Shown here: in pieces, positions 40,722-52,019 of the stretch
Position numbering within the stretch: the stretch's first letter is position 1
Layout: every line of letters begins with the position of its first letter
Assembly: GCA_029838195.1 (NCBI GenBank)
Contig: JALGVJ010000017.1
Location: 64,001 to 128,000 of the forward strand
Direction: 5' to 3'
From: Promethearchaeota archaeon
GTDB lineage: Archaea; Asgardarchaeota; Lokiarchaeia; Sigyniarchaeales; SOKP01
DNA: 64,000 nucleotides
Translations under genes and position numbers: made by a program
Notes under the pieces: model-generated
The model's input: the letters and a program-made list of their open reading frames with translations, nothing else
Told to the model about the DNA's origin: nothing
Databases searched by the model: none

Positions 40722-41765
40722 ATGGGAAAACAAATCGAAATTACTAAACCAAGCAATCTTTTTAATGAAGATGGCTCCCTCGTCCAAACAGGCTGGGCAC
40801 GAAAACCCATCTTAAAATATAATAAAGAATGGATCGGTAAATCCTGGTGGCGTATCAAAGAATGGGATCATTATTCTGTATTAAACAAAGAATTTGGTTT
40901 TCAACTCACCATCGGTGATATTGGGTATTTGACGCAAATGAGCTATGTTTGGCTTGACTTCAAGAATAAAATGAGAGATGGAAAGGGGATTTTTAAATTC
41001 TTTACGAAATCAAAGCTATTACCTCTGAGCTCCCTGGAAGATAGCGTTATCGAGTTTCCTACTAAAAAATTCAAGGCAAAAATTGTCAAGGAAAAAAATA
41101 AACGGATTTTATCCATTGAAGATCCTACGTTCATGAAGGGGAAGGGCATCGAAGGTGCAATTACTCTTGAAGATAAACCAGAATGGGATAATACCGTTGT
41201 TGTTACGGGATATAATGAAGATCCCCGTTTGTTTTATTACAACCATAAAATCAACATGATGCCCGCGACGGGCACGCTTAAAATTGGTAAAGACATCTAT
41301 GAATTCACGCCCGATAGATCTTTCGGATTAATGGATTGGGGGCGAGGAATATGGCCATACAGGACGCATTGGCTTTGGGGTTCAGCGTGTGGAATGGTGG
41401 AAGGCGTTCCTTTAGCTTTTAACATCGGTTATGGTTTTGGTGCCGTGGGAAGTGAGCCAAATGCAACCCACACGGAAAACATCGTATTTTACAACGGTAA
41501 AGCGCATAAATTAGATGAAGTAACGTTTCATCATGAAAATAGGGATCCTACAAAACCTTGGAAATTTACAAGCAATGATAACAGGTTTACCATGACGTTA
41601 GAACCTCTCCTTCCTCATCGGGAGAAAATAAATTTTGGAATTATTTATTCGGATTCTTCTTTACTTCATGGGTTGTATTCAGGGGAAATCATTCTAGATG
41701 ATGGAAAGAAAATAGTAGTGAAAGATTTATTGGGTCATGCGGAAGATATTTACTGGCGATGGTAA
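40722..41765 (+). CDS. DUF2804 family protein
   Basis: GWARKP, RIKEWD, FYYNHK, MDWGRGIW and TEN..GKAHKL motifs. Confidence 0.85.
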   Translation: MGKQIEITKPSNLFNEDGSLVQTGWARKPILKYNKEWIGKSWWRIKEWDHYSVLNKEFGFQLTIGDIGYLTQMSYVWLDFKNKMRDGKGIFKFFTKSKLLPLSSLEDSVIEFPTKKFKAKIVKEKNKRILSIEDPTFMKGKGIEGAITLEDKPEWDNTVVVTGYNEDPRLFYYNHKINMMPATGTLKIGKDIYEFTPDRSFGLMDWGRGIWPYRTHWLWGSACGMVEGVPLAFNIGYGFGAVGSEPNATHTENIVFYNGKAHKLDEVTFHHENRDPTKPWKFTSNDNRFTMTLEPLLPHREKINFGIIYSDSSLLHGLYSGEIILDDGKKIVVKDLLGHAEDIYWRW

Positions 41766-42103
41766 TCAAATATAATTTTTTTCGTTTTTTTTACTTATCA
41801 TATCTCATCTCGTTCGCTTACTTTTAATTAGTGTGTATGCCCTGCTCGAGTACCATTTTAATTCATGCTTCAAAATTGATTAAAAAGTACAATTTTTATT
41901 AATTTACATCCTTCTCTTTTTCTTTTTTATTGCTCGAATAATACTCCTTTTATAAATAAAAATAAAAATAAAAATAATTTTGATAACTAGTCGGCGATTG
42001 ATAAATTTATCAAGAACTCCTTGTAATCACTATTTTAAAAAATAAACTAAAACAAGAACTGAAAAAAAAGGAGATTCTTTAATAGTAATCTAATTTTTTT
42101 AGC

Positions 42104-42841
42104 TCATGCTGCTTCTTTAACTATCAACTTAGCTAGTTTTGGAGGCATGGTCCACCCGATATAGAAGATAATCGAGGAGATTAGCAAGATTAACCGCGTG
42201 ATAAATAAGGTTAAGGCTATTAAAGAAATTACGGAATCTAGAATTGCTCCAATTCCGAAAAATAAGAATGCAAGTAAAATTAATTTTGCCTTCCATTGAA
42301 TGACTCGATTGGGAGATTGCATGGATTTTCTTATGAAAATAAGGATAGTAAGCAAGTTTATCGCGATGGTAATCAAGACATAAGAAGCAACGATAAGCTT
42401 AGTTTCACTATCAAATTTTGATACCCGAATGGCTAATAAAGAAGGATCTGTAACCAGGTAATAGAAAAAAATGATAATATACGCAATATTAAAGGCTAAA
42501 TAAATTAATAATATTTTCCATTTGGAATACGGGTATACTAAAAGCGCAAATGAATACATCCATAATAAAGAAGCGATTGGAATCAGACCAAAACTAATGA
42601 AAATGTAGAATGTATCTGATACGTCCACGTTAAAAACTAAAATGGTAATGAAAGCAATTGCTGAACCCCACCAAGGAGAAAATAGAAAAATTAACATTAG
42701 ACCTACCGTTACCAGTTCAATTTGCTTATATGAAAAATATTTCGATACAATTCGAAATCCCAACAAGAAATTTACCGTGAGGGTTAATAATTCAAATGTT
42801 CCGTAAAATAACTCAAGAGATGTAAAACTTTCAATTCCCAT
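42104..42841 (-). CDS. 7TM membrane protein of unknown function (paralog 1)
   Basis: Seven hydrophobic helices; SPWW, S.NRVIQWKAK and YIGWTMP motifs. Confidence 0.8.
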   Translation of the reverse strand: MGIESFTSLELFYGTFELLTLTVNFLLGFRIVSKYFSYKQIELVTVGLMLIFLFSPWWGSAIAFITILVFNVDVSDTFYIFISFGLIPIASLLWMYSFALLVYPYSKWKILLIYLAFNIAYIIIFFYYLVTDPSLLAIRVSKFDSETKLIVASYVLITIAINLLTILIFIRKSMQSPNRVIQWKAKLILLAFLFFGIGAILDSVISLIALTLFITRLILLISSIIFYIGWTMPPKLAKLIVKEAA

Positions 42842-43484
42842 ATCCTAACCTCAATTTTATTAAACATGATTTCATGATATTTAAGATGTTTTAATGCAAA
42901 TTTAAATGTTTCTATCTAAATCGATGATAAAAATTAAAAAATCCTTTCTTTTCATTGGTTATTTTATATAAAAATGGAGTAGTCTTCAATTTATCATGCA
43001 AGGCAAAAGAGAACCCCTTATCCATGGCTTCAAGATTTACATGTAAGAGAACTTGGTTTCATGCATCTTACTTTGTAATTATAGGAATAAAAATTAAAAA
43101 AAATAAAAAACTGAAAGAAGAATGAATATACAAAAGATATCTATTGGCGATGGTAATATTTTTTTAACCTTTTTTTCCTTTTCTTTTCATTTTTTCGTTC
43201 ATTTTTCTTTTGTTAATTCTTGCTCATGTTAATCTGAACTTGGGAAATATCTTGAATATCTTAATCCTTTTCTGGTTTTCATTTTTTAATGGTTAAAAAG
43301 ACTTCCGGTTCAGCTTTATAATAATAATAAAAAACCGTGCTTTCTTAATTTAAGTGCTTTTCCTTTTCTCAAACATTCTTTTAAACCCAATAAAGAAAAT
43401 AAGTTAAAGAATTATCCAAATTCACGACTTTCAAGCATGCATGGTGCTTATTTGAATGTTAACTGAAATTAATCGGATTTTTCT

Positions 43485-44222
43485 TCAAGCTTCCTCCTTA
43501 CTCAACAACTTGGCCACTCTTGGAGGCATGATCCATCCAATATAGGAAATGACGGAAGAAATCATCAAAATTAGTCGCGTGAAAAATAATGTAGGGGGTG
43601 TTAAAGAAACGACAGAATCAAGGACCGCTCCGATCACAAAAATGACAAGTGCGAGAAAAATTAATTTCCCTTTCCATTGGATTGTTTTGTCGGGGGAAAG
43701 CATGGATTTTCTCATGAAAATAAATGTTGTTATTAGAGAGATTGCTAACGTGATCATGACATACGATGTCACCACGAGTTCGGTTTCACTATCGATTTTC
43801 GATACTCGAATGACTAATAGAGAAGAATTCGTTATCAAGTAGTAGAAAAAAATAATGACATATGCGAAATTAAAAACCAAATAAATTAAGAAAAGTTTCC
43901 ACTTGGAATGGGGGTATACCAAAAGTGCAAACGAGTACATCCATAATAAAGAAGCGATTGGAATTAACCCATAACTTATGATGATGTAAAATGTATCTGA
44001 TACGTCCACGTTAAAAACTAAAATGGTAATGAATGAAATTGCTGAGCCCCACCATGCAGAATATAAAAAAATTAACATGAGCCCTACAGTTATCAATTCT
44101 TTTCTTTTAATGGTACGATATTTCAATATAATTCGAATCCCCAACAAGAAATTCACCGTTAACATTGCCAATCCAAAACCCCCTTGAAACAATTCAAAAG
44201 AAGTAAAACTCTCAACTCCCAT
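43485..44222 (-). CDS. 7TM membrane protein of unknown function (paralog 2)
   Basis: Same length (245 aa) as, and collinear with, 42104-42841. Confidence 0.8.
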   Translation of the reverse strand: MGVESFTSFELFQGGFGLAMLTVNFLLGIRIILKYRTIKRKELITVGLMLIFLYSAWWGSAISFITILVFNVDVSDTFYIIISYGLIPIASLLWMYSFALLVYPHSKWKLFLIYLVFNFAYVIIFFYYLITNSSLLVIRVSKIDSETELVVTSYVMITLAISLITTFIFMRKSMLSPDKTIQWKGKLIFLALVIFVIGAVLDSVVSLTPPTLFFTRLILMISSVISYIGWIMPPRVAKLLSKEEA

Positions 44223-44526
44223 TTTTTAACCCTTGTTAATTGTATTAGATATAATTTATATAGTAATCATCATGGGGACACGCTAATTTAAATATTACCA
44301 TCTAAATCCATTTAAAATTTTTAAATTTCTTTTTCTTTCCCCATTGTATTTATCATTAACTTAGAATTTCCAATCCACCATTCAAATCATGAAACAATTA
44401 TCGATCGATAAAACAAGACGCTTAACTCAAATGAGAGCGCTATTTCAAACTTTTTCCAAGTAATAAAAGAATAAAAGGTAAAAAATTAAGGATTAAAAAA
44501 AAATAAAGAAAATCATAAAGTATTAT

Positions 44527-45972
44527 CTAAAGATCTAAGCCCATTTCTTTCAATTTTCGCTTGTTTTCTTGAACTAATTCAGGCGTAATGTCATACCATT
44601 TCCAGAAAATAAAAATCGTCACGAGAACAATAAACGCCGGAATGAGAGCAGCATGCATGCGAATTCCAAGAAGTGCCAGCTCTGGAGTGGGACTCACGGC
44701 TACTAATTCTGAATAGCTCGATACGCCCTCCACGAACCCCGTTAAATTATGAATGACAGCAAATACAAGTGCCTGTGCAACCGTGCTCAAGCGAATGAAA
44801 AATGCATTAATGCCGTAATATATTGCCGGTTGACGCTTGCCCGTGCGAACACTTAGATCATCAATTACATCCGCCATGGCTGGCGGATCCACATACCACT
44901 GCCCTCCAAGACCAATGCCGAATAAGAATAACGCAATTATGAAAAATATGAAGCTATTGGCGAAGAAAATGGGCAAAAACGTTATGACCATGGCAAATCC
45001 CGCATAGATGGAAATTTTTTTGTTATTATTCATCTTCTGAGCGAAAAAATTCCAGAGTGGAACCGAAACAAAAGCACCAACTAGCATTAATGCCATTAAA
45101 ATGCTAAGCGCTGAAGCTTGTTCCTGAATAACGAATGTTACCATGTAGGGCGCTGAAGCCGACAAAAAGGCAACAGCACATTGATAACCGAAAAAGAAGA
45201 TCACTTTCGTCATAAAGCGCCGATCGGTAATGGATTGACGGGCAATACTGAAAAAATTTTCCATTTCACTTTTTTCTGCGAGTTGTTTTTGTTCTTCATA
45301 TCGTTTTCGCATTACTTTATTTTCCCACGTTCCGGGAATCATTAATACAAACAGGCACATGGCAACGGCAACGGAGAGCCAAGCAGAATACCGGTAAGAT
45401 TCAGGAACTCCCGTCGTTATGAACAAAGGGGCAAAAATAGAACCCGCAACAATACCTGCCATGCCAATAATCGTTCCAATCCCTGTGCACGTTCTTCTTT
45501 CCTCTAAAGTAGTGAATTTATCCGGGTAGATGGCGACAGCATTAATATTCCAGAGCGTGAATAAAGTATCATATAGGCAAATCATGATGAGGAGCCACAA
45601 AAAGACAAGCCATTGATCATCGACGGGATCCCATTCAAGAGGGACAAGAAATACAGCCAAATAGGAAAAGAGCCAGGGAATGGCACCAAATAAGATCCAA
45701 GGAAATCTTCGCCCTAATTTTCGTTCCCACGGCATGTGAATTCGTTCTAGGATGTATCCAATCAAGGGATCATTAATAGCATTCCATACGGAGAAAATGA
45801 TAAAGGCCAAGGCAACAAGTCCGACATTTAATCCGATTTCTGCTTCATAAAAGAAAAACGTGAAGAGTCCGAAGGGTCCCGTGATGAATTGGCTAAAGAA
45901 TTGGAAGGTTTGATAGCTTGCCATGATCCATTTTGAATTTTGAGGCGTTGGTTGAATCGCTTTTTCCGTCAT
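44527..45972 (-). CDS. MFS transporter, GPH family
   Basis: WNAINDPLIG and LGRRFPW motifs; probable start ATG 45972 (MTEKA). Confidence 0.9.
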   Translation of the reverse strand: MTEKAIQPTPQNSKWIMASYQTFQFFSQFITGPFGLFTFFFYEAEIGLNVGLVALAFIIFSVWNAINDPLIGYILERIHMPWERKLGRRFPWILFGAIPWLFSYLAVFLVPLEWDPVDDQWLVFLWLLIMICLYDTLFTLWNINAVAIYPDKFTTLEERRTCTGIGTIIGMAGIVAGSIFAPLFITTGVPESYRYSAWLSVAVAMCLFVLMIPGTWENKVMRKRYEEQKQLAEKSEMENFFSIARQSITDRRFMTKVIFFFGYQCAVAFLSASAPYMVTFVIQEQASALSILMALMLVGAFVSVPLWNFFAQKMNNNKKISIYAGFAMVITFLPIFFANSFIFFIIALFLFGIGLGGQWYVDPPAMADVIDDLSVRTGKRQPAIYYGINAFFIRLSTVAQALVFAVIHNLTGFVEGVSSYSELVAVSPTPELALLGIRMHAALIPAFIVLVTIFIFWKWYDITPELVQENKRKLKEMGLDL

Positions 45973-46195
45973 TTTTAATACACTTTTAATTGAGAATAGT
46001 TTAATTATTCCTTTAATTTTCAATTTTTATTTCAAAAAAAAAACCATGTTCCAAAAAGATAAATTTTAATATTTCATTTCGTTTGAGAAATTAACCATTA
46101 TAAAAAAAGGATATAGATTTTTAGAAATCTAAAAGTTACTAACAAAGATGATGAGTAAATAGTAGGGCAACTTTCGAAAATAAAGGAGGTGAATC

Positions 46196-46654
46196 ATGGT
46201 AAGGGAAGAAAACACGATTGTAAAAATAAAATTAAAAAATGGCTTCATTTTTTCGAGTGAATTGAATCATGAGCAGGTAAAACAGCTTGTTATTGATGAA
46301 ACCATTGAAAAGGAAGGCAGAGCGCGAGGCCCGGATGCTGCAGAATTATTGGGGCTCGCTATTTTATCTTGTTTGAGCGCCAGTTTTTTATTTTGTTTAC
46401 AGAAAAAAAATCTCACCGTGGACGATTTAGAAACAACAGCAGAAATATCGTTTAAGAAAAATGAGAAAGGATATGTAAGAGTAAAGGCAATTGATGTTAA
46501 ATTAATTCCTAAAAGTACAGATCCGTCCGTATTGCGCAGAATAGAGCAATGCAAGAGAGAAGTGAAAAGTGGACACATGTTTTTTGAAGAAACGTGCATT
46601 ATCACCTCCTCGGTAAGAGAAGGAATAAAGGTGACCGTGGACATGGGTTCATGA
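46196..46654 (+). CDS. osmC: OsmC/Ohr family protein
   Basis: DE..GP...LL..CL..S motif and second Cys in FEETCIITSSV; GGAGGTGA SD upstream. Confidence 0.85.
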   Translation: MVREENTIVKIKLKNGFIFSSELNHEQVKQLVIDETIEKEGRARGPDAAELLGLAILSCLSASFLFCLQKKNLTVDDLETTAEISFKKNEKGYVRVKAIDVKLIPKSTDPSVLRRIEQCKREVKSGHMFFEETCIITSSVREGIKVTVDMGS

Positions 46655-46754
46655 AACCTTACATTTTTAAGAAAAAATTTTCATTAAAATGCATGACTCA
46701 AGTCATTTGAGATGGATTCATACTCATATAAGAATAAAATAGATAATATAAAAC
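46483..46754 (+). repeat. About 260 bp direct repeat, left copy (osmC 3' end plus downstream intergenic)
   Basis: 46501-46750 aligns without gaps to 62001-62250 (offset 15500). Confidence 0.95.
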
Positions 46755-48059
46755 GGGCCAACGGGTTATATTTTCAAGAATCCGGAATCAAGATATTCAG
46801 ATTATAAATCCTCTCAAAATCCAAATGATATTAGAGATTATGGTGCCGTTAATGCCTATTATGATAGTGATATACTCACTCAAGAAATTATCGGAGAAAA
46901 TACTGAAGCTATTAATAAAGCTATACAGCGAGGAAGCTTGTTGGGGAAGGTTGTCTTGATTCCCGAAGGAGATTACGTTTGCGGAACAATTAAGCTTCAG
47001 GGCAATCTAATTTTAAAGATTAAAGGAAATCTGATTGGAAGTCGTGATAGGAACGATTATTCTCCGAAGAATTTTCTTATTGGTGAAAATATCAGCAATC
47101 TCGTTATTGAAGGAGAAGGAGGTAAGATAATGGGCGAAGGAGAGTATTTCTGGAACAATCCTATACTAAAGCCTCTCGAATCAAATCCAGAAATTTCTGA
47201 TATTAGAATGCTTCAATTAAACCACTTTCTAGCAAAACGGGAAAAAAAAGATAACAGACCCTCTCCCTTTATTAGAATCACTGGAAGTAAAGACATTTTG
47301 ATCAGAAATCTAATAATAGAAAACTCCCCTGGCTGGACTTTAAGCTTTGAATTATTTAACAATGGTAAAATAAGAGACCTAATAATTCACAATAACATCC
47401 GAGGGGGTAATGTGAATGGCATAGATATCGTCGGAACCAGTAATGTAAATATTAATAATGTATTGGTTTCCACGGCAGATGATGGTATAGTGCTTAAAAA
47501 TCCCACCTCTGTTCCTATGAGTAACATTAAGATTAGAAATGCCAGGATCTCCACAACAGCTAACGGATTTAAGATAATGACTGAAACGTATTCAGATATT
47601 AACGACGTGTCCTTCACGGATAGTGAGATAATTACAACCGAATTTTTCCCCGGGGCGATTTCTGGTGTTGCTATTGAATCGGTTGATGGAAGTCATGTGA
47701 GTAATATTAAAGTGGACAATATCATAATGAATGGAGTTCTGGGCCCATTATTCATTCGCTTAGGGAATCGCAATAAATATGATACTAAGGATTTAATGAG
47801 TAGAATCGATAATATAAGAATAAGTAATATTTATTGCTATAATTGTCAATTACCAAGTATAATTAGTGGAGTTATGGACAAAGACTCGGAACTCACGATA
47901 ACCAATGTCCTTATAAACAATTTTGATATGCAATATCTCGATAATAAAGAATTTCTCATACTTCTCCCATCGGTTCCTGAAAATCCAGCGGTTTATCAAA
48001 AGGTCAATATTATTCCAAGGGCGGTCAATACCCGTGAAATGATTGTTATAGAAGGATGA
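46752..48059 (+). pseudogene. 5'-truncated GH28 (polygalacturonase-like) glycoside hydrolase
   Basis: Frame stays open upstream of TTG 46938 (DIRDYGA...ENTEAINKAI) back to the repeat edge with no ATG; NTDG motif reads NVNG, KIGTE reads KIMTE; C-terminus appears internally deleted. Confidence 0.72.
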
Positions 48060-48060
48060 A

Positions 48061-48350
48061 TAAATTTCCAAATCTTTCAAATCCTGTGAGGGATATTTCA
48101 TCAAATAGAACCTTGATGTTCATTGGAACCATAGATTACAATCTCTCCAGATATCATATCTTGTGCATATGAAATTATCTCTTTTATATTCTCTCTGGAT
48201 ATGGTGGAAAGATTTTAAAGAATTTCCTTAAAGTCTTTTCCTTCTTTATCCAATCCAAAATATCCATAACTAGAACCCTAATTCCCTTAATAACTGGAGC
48301 TCCACCACATACCTCTGGGTCCCTAATAATACTTACATATTTACCTAATT
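48061..48350 (-). pseudogene. Decayed DUF433 antitoxin plus the start of a DUF5615 PIN-like toxin
   Basis: IIRDPEVCGGAPVIKGIRVLV, frameshift and stop, then ISRENIKEIISYA; overlapping ATG at 48123 reads MNIKVLFDE before a frameshift. Confidence 0.65.
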
Positions 48351-48397
48351 TAATCACACTGACTTTATATTTTAAAGATTGTTGAATTTTAAATCCA

Positions 48398-49158
48398 CTA
48401 ATTGCTAGATGTATTATTAATAAAAAAAAGGTATCCAATCAGAGAATTGCCGAAACTGAGAGAAATATCCCGGCACCATTGACTAGAAAATGGCATACAA
48501 TTCCAGGCCAGATATTTTTCAATTTCTGAGCAACATGGGGTATAATTTGGCATGTAATTAACATGAAGGGAATGGCATACCATTTAAACATGTGAAAGCA
48601 AGCCCATAAACAACCATGGAGCAATCAAATAAATCTTCCAAAAGCCACTTCTTGACGTGGTAAGATATATGACCGCCACCATAATTCTTCTCCAAAAATG
48701 TTTAAGGATAAAGTTACCAATGTCATCCATAATATAGGTTCCTCATCCGTATACAACTCAGGTAGAGGGAAATTAGTTATCTCATATAACAATCCCGCTA
48801 TAAAATTAAAAAGTAGAGATAGAATCCCAAAAATTAATGCCGCAATAATAGTTATTATCCAACCTTTAGCAGAAAGGTTCGAGAGGCGCATGCGCTTACA
48901 GAAGTTACTCCAAGCCCAAAGATTTCCTTCTCACTTATATCCTACAATAGCAGCAACAAATAAGCCTCCAGTGAGAAGGGATACTGAAAAAGAATATAAA
49001 CCATAATCCGAAAATCCTGCATTCCGTAATATTGGCCATAACCACCAATTACTCCACATGGCAACTAACATTGGAATTCCAAATAAAAGAAGAGAACTTA
49101 ATAATCCTATTGGTTTGAGCTCTCTTTATTGATTAATTTGTAATATTTATTGAGTCAT
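48398..49158 (-). pseudogene. CPBP (CAAX protease/Abi) family intramembrane protease pseudogene
   Basis: GEELWWR, FH and H motifs in one frame broken by two TAA and two TGA stops. Confidence 0.8.
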
Positions 49159-49249
49159 ATTTTATAGTGGATCTGAAAGATTCTTATATAATTTGGAGAC
49201 CAATTTTTTAAGCTCATAGATGACTTTCCTTAAGGAACGATATTTAAAG

Positions 49250-51070
49250 TTAGAAAGATATTTTAAGTTTTTGAATGTCCTTATAGATATCAGGTGTGAG
49301 GGCTTCATAATTATCTCTTTCTGGTAAGAGTACAAATAAAGGATCTTCATGAATATATAAATCGAAACTATCTTTTTTAAGAGAAGATTTCTTGAGTTTA
49401 AAAGTAGATGTGATTTCCAAATCCTTTCTAAATCTTAAGAATAAGGGAATTGCATAACTTGCGAGGTTTTTATTCAAGTGTTCCTTAAAATGATTAAAAT
49501 CAAATTCTTCAAGGTCCGTTTTTAAAACTAAAGTTGCCATTCCTGCTCGTCCATCTGTACCTGGAATTTTCACTCCATATACGCATGAAAATAATACCTC
49601 ATCACATGCATTAAGAATCCCCTCTACTTCAGTAGTAGAAATATTGTGTCCCTTCCAGCGAAAGGTATCTCCTATACGATCCACGAATAAGACGTGATTA
49701 CATCCTTGATCAAGAACAATATCTCCCGTATTTACATACGCATCTCCTTTCTTAAAAGCATTGCGTATGAGTTTACTTTCAGTGTCTTTTTTATTTAGAT
49801 AACCTAAAAATGCAAGCTTATCTGCTTTTGCATTGAATAACAATAGACCCGGTTCATCTTTATCGACCTTTACCAAGAATCCTTCTTCGTCCCTGATAAG
49901 CTCATCATTTTCTGTATCATATTTAACCAATACATAAGGTTTATTACAATATCCAGAGGTTTTATCAAAATTAAAAAAATTGAAGAATCCTCCTCCCAAT
50001 TCGGTGGCAGCATAGTACTCTCCTATAGTTTCAATGGCAAATCTGTCCTTGAATTCATTCCAGATCTCGGGACGTAATCCATTTCCTAAGACAACTCGCA
50101 CTTGATTATCCTTATCCTCTGGGGTTTGCGGAGCATTTACTAAATAACGACATACCTCTCCCACGTAGTTGAAACAAGTAGCCTCATACTTGCGGATATC
50201 ATTCCAAAAATTAATAATGCTAAATCGCCTAGCAAGGGCAAAAGTACAACCTATATTAAGAGGAGGAGCCCAACCACTTATAAGAGGATTAGAATGAAAC
50301 AATGGAAGGGGACAATATAATGTATCTTCTGGTTCTAAATTTGCTATTAACTTTCCAAACAATAGTCCTCCACAGACTATTCTCTGATGAGGGATGGGGA
50401 CTGCTTTTGGTAAACCCGTGGTGCCCGAGGTAAACACATAAGCAAACGTATCAAAAGTCTTGATATTTGCTGTCGTTGGTGGATTTTCCGCTGGGAATGG
50501 CTCCACTTTTTTCATAAGATCTATAAATCCTTCTGGTAATGGAACTTTTCCCTGATCTCTTACAAACAATAAAATTTGTTCCTTGGTCAATCCCATGCTT
50601 GGTTTAACCGCTTCGAATGCTTCATAACAGGTTTCGTCAATTATTATAATTTTTGAAGGAGAAATCGTAAGAGAGTGTATTAGCGCTTCTCCCTGAAAAT
50701 CAGAATTGATAAGGGAAGAAATGACACCGATTTTCGCAAGAGCACTCAAAATAAATAGCAGTTCAAGACGATTTTTCATTAATACCACAGCAACATCCTT
50801 CTTTTTAAGCCCGATGGAGATAAAATAATGAGCATAACGATTAACGCATTCATTGAATTCCTTATAGGTTAATTTTTCATCCTCAAACTTCACTGCAATT
50901 ATGTCTGAAAATTCTCTAGCATTTCTTTCTATTAACGTTCCAATGGACATCTTATTTTCCTTCATTCTAGTCATTATTTCTCGAAGGATGTAGTCATTTT
51001 CAGCATAAAAGTTCCTTAATTTTCTTCGAAATGTTTTCCTGTCAATCTTTAGTTTTATCGATTCTGACAT
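49250..51070 (-). CDS. Long-chain acyl-CoA synthetase, FATP/SLC27 (Fat1-like) family
   Basis: YVFTSGTTGLPKA, YVGEVCRYL, GNGLR and FVDRIGDTFRWKGHNISTTEVE (FATP signature). Confidence 0.93.
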   Translation of the reverse strand: MSESIKLKIDRKTFRRKLRNFYAENDYILREIMTRMKENKMSIGTLIERNAREFSDIIAVKFEDEKLTYKEFNECVNRYAHYFISIGLKKKDVAVVLMKNRLELLFILSALAKIGVISSLINSDFQGEALIHSLTISPSKIIIIDETCYEAFEAVKPSMGLTKEQILLFVRDQGKVPLPEGFIDLMKKVEPFPAENPPTTANIKTFDTFAYVFTSGTTGLPKAVPIPHQRIVCGGLLFGKLIANLEPEDTLYCPLPLFHSNPLISGWAPPLNIGCTFALARRFSIINFWNDIRKYEATCFNYVGEVCRYLVNAPQTPEDKDNQVRVVLGNGLRPEIWNEFKDRFAIETIGEYYAATELGGGFFNFFNFDKTSGYCNKPYVLVKYDTENDELIRDEEGFLVKVDKDEPGLLLFNAKADKLAFLGYLNKKDTESKLIRNAFKKGDAYVNTGDIVLDQGCNHVLFVDRIGDTFRWKGHNISTTEVEGILNACDEVLFSCVYGVKIPGTDGRAGMATLVLKTDLEEFDFNHFKEHLNKNLASYAIPLFLRFRKDLEITSTFKLKKSSLKKDSFDLYIHEDPLFVLLPERDNYEALTPDIYKDIQKLKISF

Positions 51071-51109
51071 AATTTAGTAATTTAAGACATTCTTAAAAAA
51101 TCTTGCTCA

Positions 51110-51133
51110 GTGGTTATCACTGGTGACAATAAC
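51110..51133. promoter_or_regulatory. Putative operator: two GTGATAATCAC-like sites
   Basis: GTGGTTATCAC-TG-GTGACAATAAC in the divergent ligase/regulator intergenic region. Confidence 0.55.
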
Positions 51134-51199
51134 TTTAAATGATGTGGCAGATAATAATTAAGTATTGATTCTTATAAGAATTATTAACAATTAGAGAAG

Positions 51200-51898
51200 A
51201 TGGCTAGTAAAAAATCTTATAAGAAACTTAAACCCGAGGAATGGAAAAATGAAATCCTTGAATTTTTAGAGAATAATCCATCGGGATTTACTATCACCGA
51301 CATTGCTGAAGAGATAAATTCTACACGTACTACTGTTTCAAAATATCTTTCCTTACTGGAGCAAGAGAAAAAAGTATTATCCAAGGAAATTGGCGTTTAT
51401 AAACTCTATTTCAGTGCGGAACGGAGATTTATGGCATTAAATCTTTTTCAAGCTTACTATAAATCACTATTAATGGGCATAAAGGATAAGTTTTCAGATA
51501 AACAAGATTTTAAAGAAATCGGGTATCAAATTTGCGACAACCTTTTTGATTTCTTCTATAACCAATTTCCAAAGAGTATAAGAGATCAAATAAAGAGCTT
51601 TAAAGATTTCTTAAAATTCTTTGGAAAAGTCTATCCCGAATTGGACTTCATTTATTCGGATAATTTGACCATACAAGAAAATGTTAATCTTGAAAATGAA
51701 GAGGCCATTTACCAGTTTAAGAACATTGGAATTTTAGACTTTCCACTTGATTTGGAATACCATTTTTATATCATTTCGGGAATGATTGAGAGAAGTCTAA
51801 CAAAAATCTTTAAAAAAGGGGGAAAAAGAATATATTCTGACATTCAATCCATCGACAAAAAGAATAAAATAGTCACTCTTACAATACAACGTAAGTAG
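51200..51898 (+). CDS. Winged-HTH transcription regulator with C-terminal V4R/Bet3-like domain
   Basis: TITDIAEEINSTRTTVSKYL..GVYKLYF HTH; C-terminal KEIGYQI...IISGMIE pattern. Confidence 0.8.
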   Translation: MASKKSYKKLKPEEWKNEILEFLENNPSGFTITDIAEEINSTRTTVSKYLSLLEQEKKVLSKEIGVYKLYFSAERRFMALNLFQAYYKSLLMGIKDKFSDKQDFKEIGYQICDNLFDFFYNQFPKSIRDQIKSFKDFLKFFGKVYPELDFIYSDNLTIQENVNLENEEAIYQFKNIGILDFPLDLEYHFYIISGMIERSLTKIFKKGGKRIYSDIQSIDKKNKIVTLTIQRK

Positions 51899-52019
51899 GT
51901 TATATAATTTTATTTAATTTTAAAGAACCTATCAAGTGTATTTCATAAATACATCTTTATATATCTTCTTTTATTCTACCAAATATAGGATTAGGTAAAA
52001 ACATTAAAATATACTTTTT

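Noticed and set aside
48398-49158. In-frame TGA codons in the CPBP gene as Trp/Sec recoding
   Set aside because: The same frame also has two TAA stops, neighbouring genes are decayed, and TGA ends many intact genes in the window; ordinary pseudogenisation explains it
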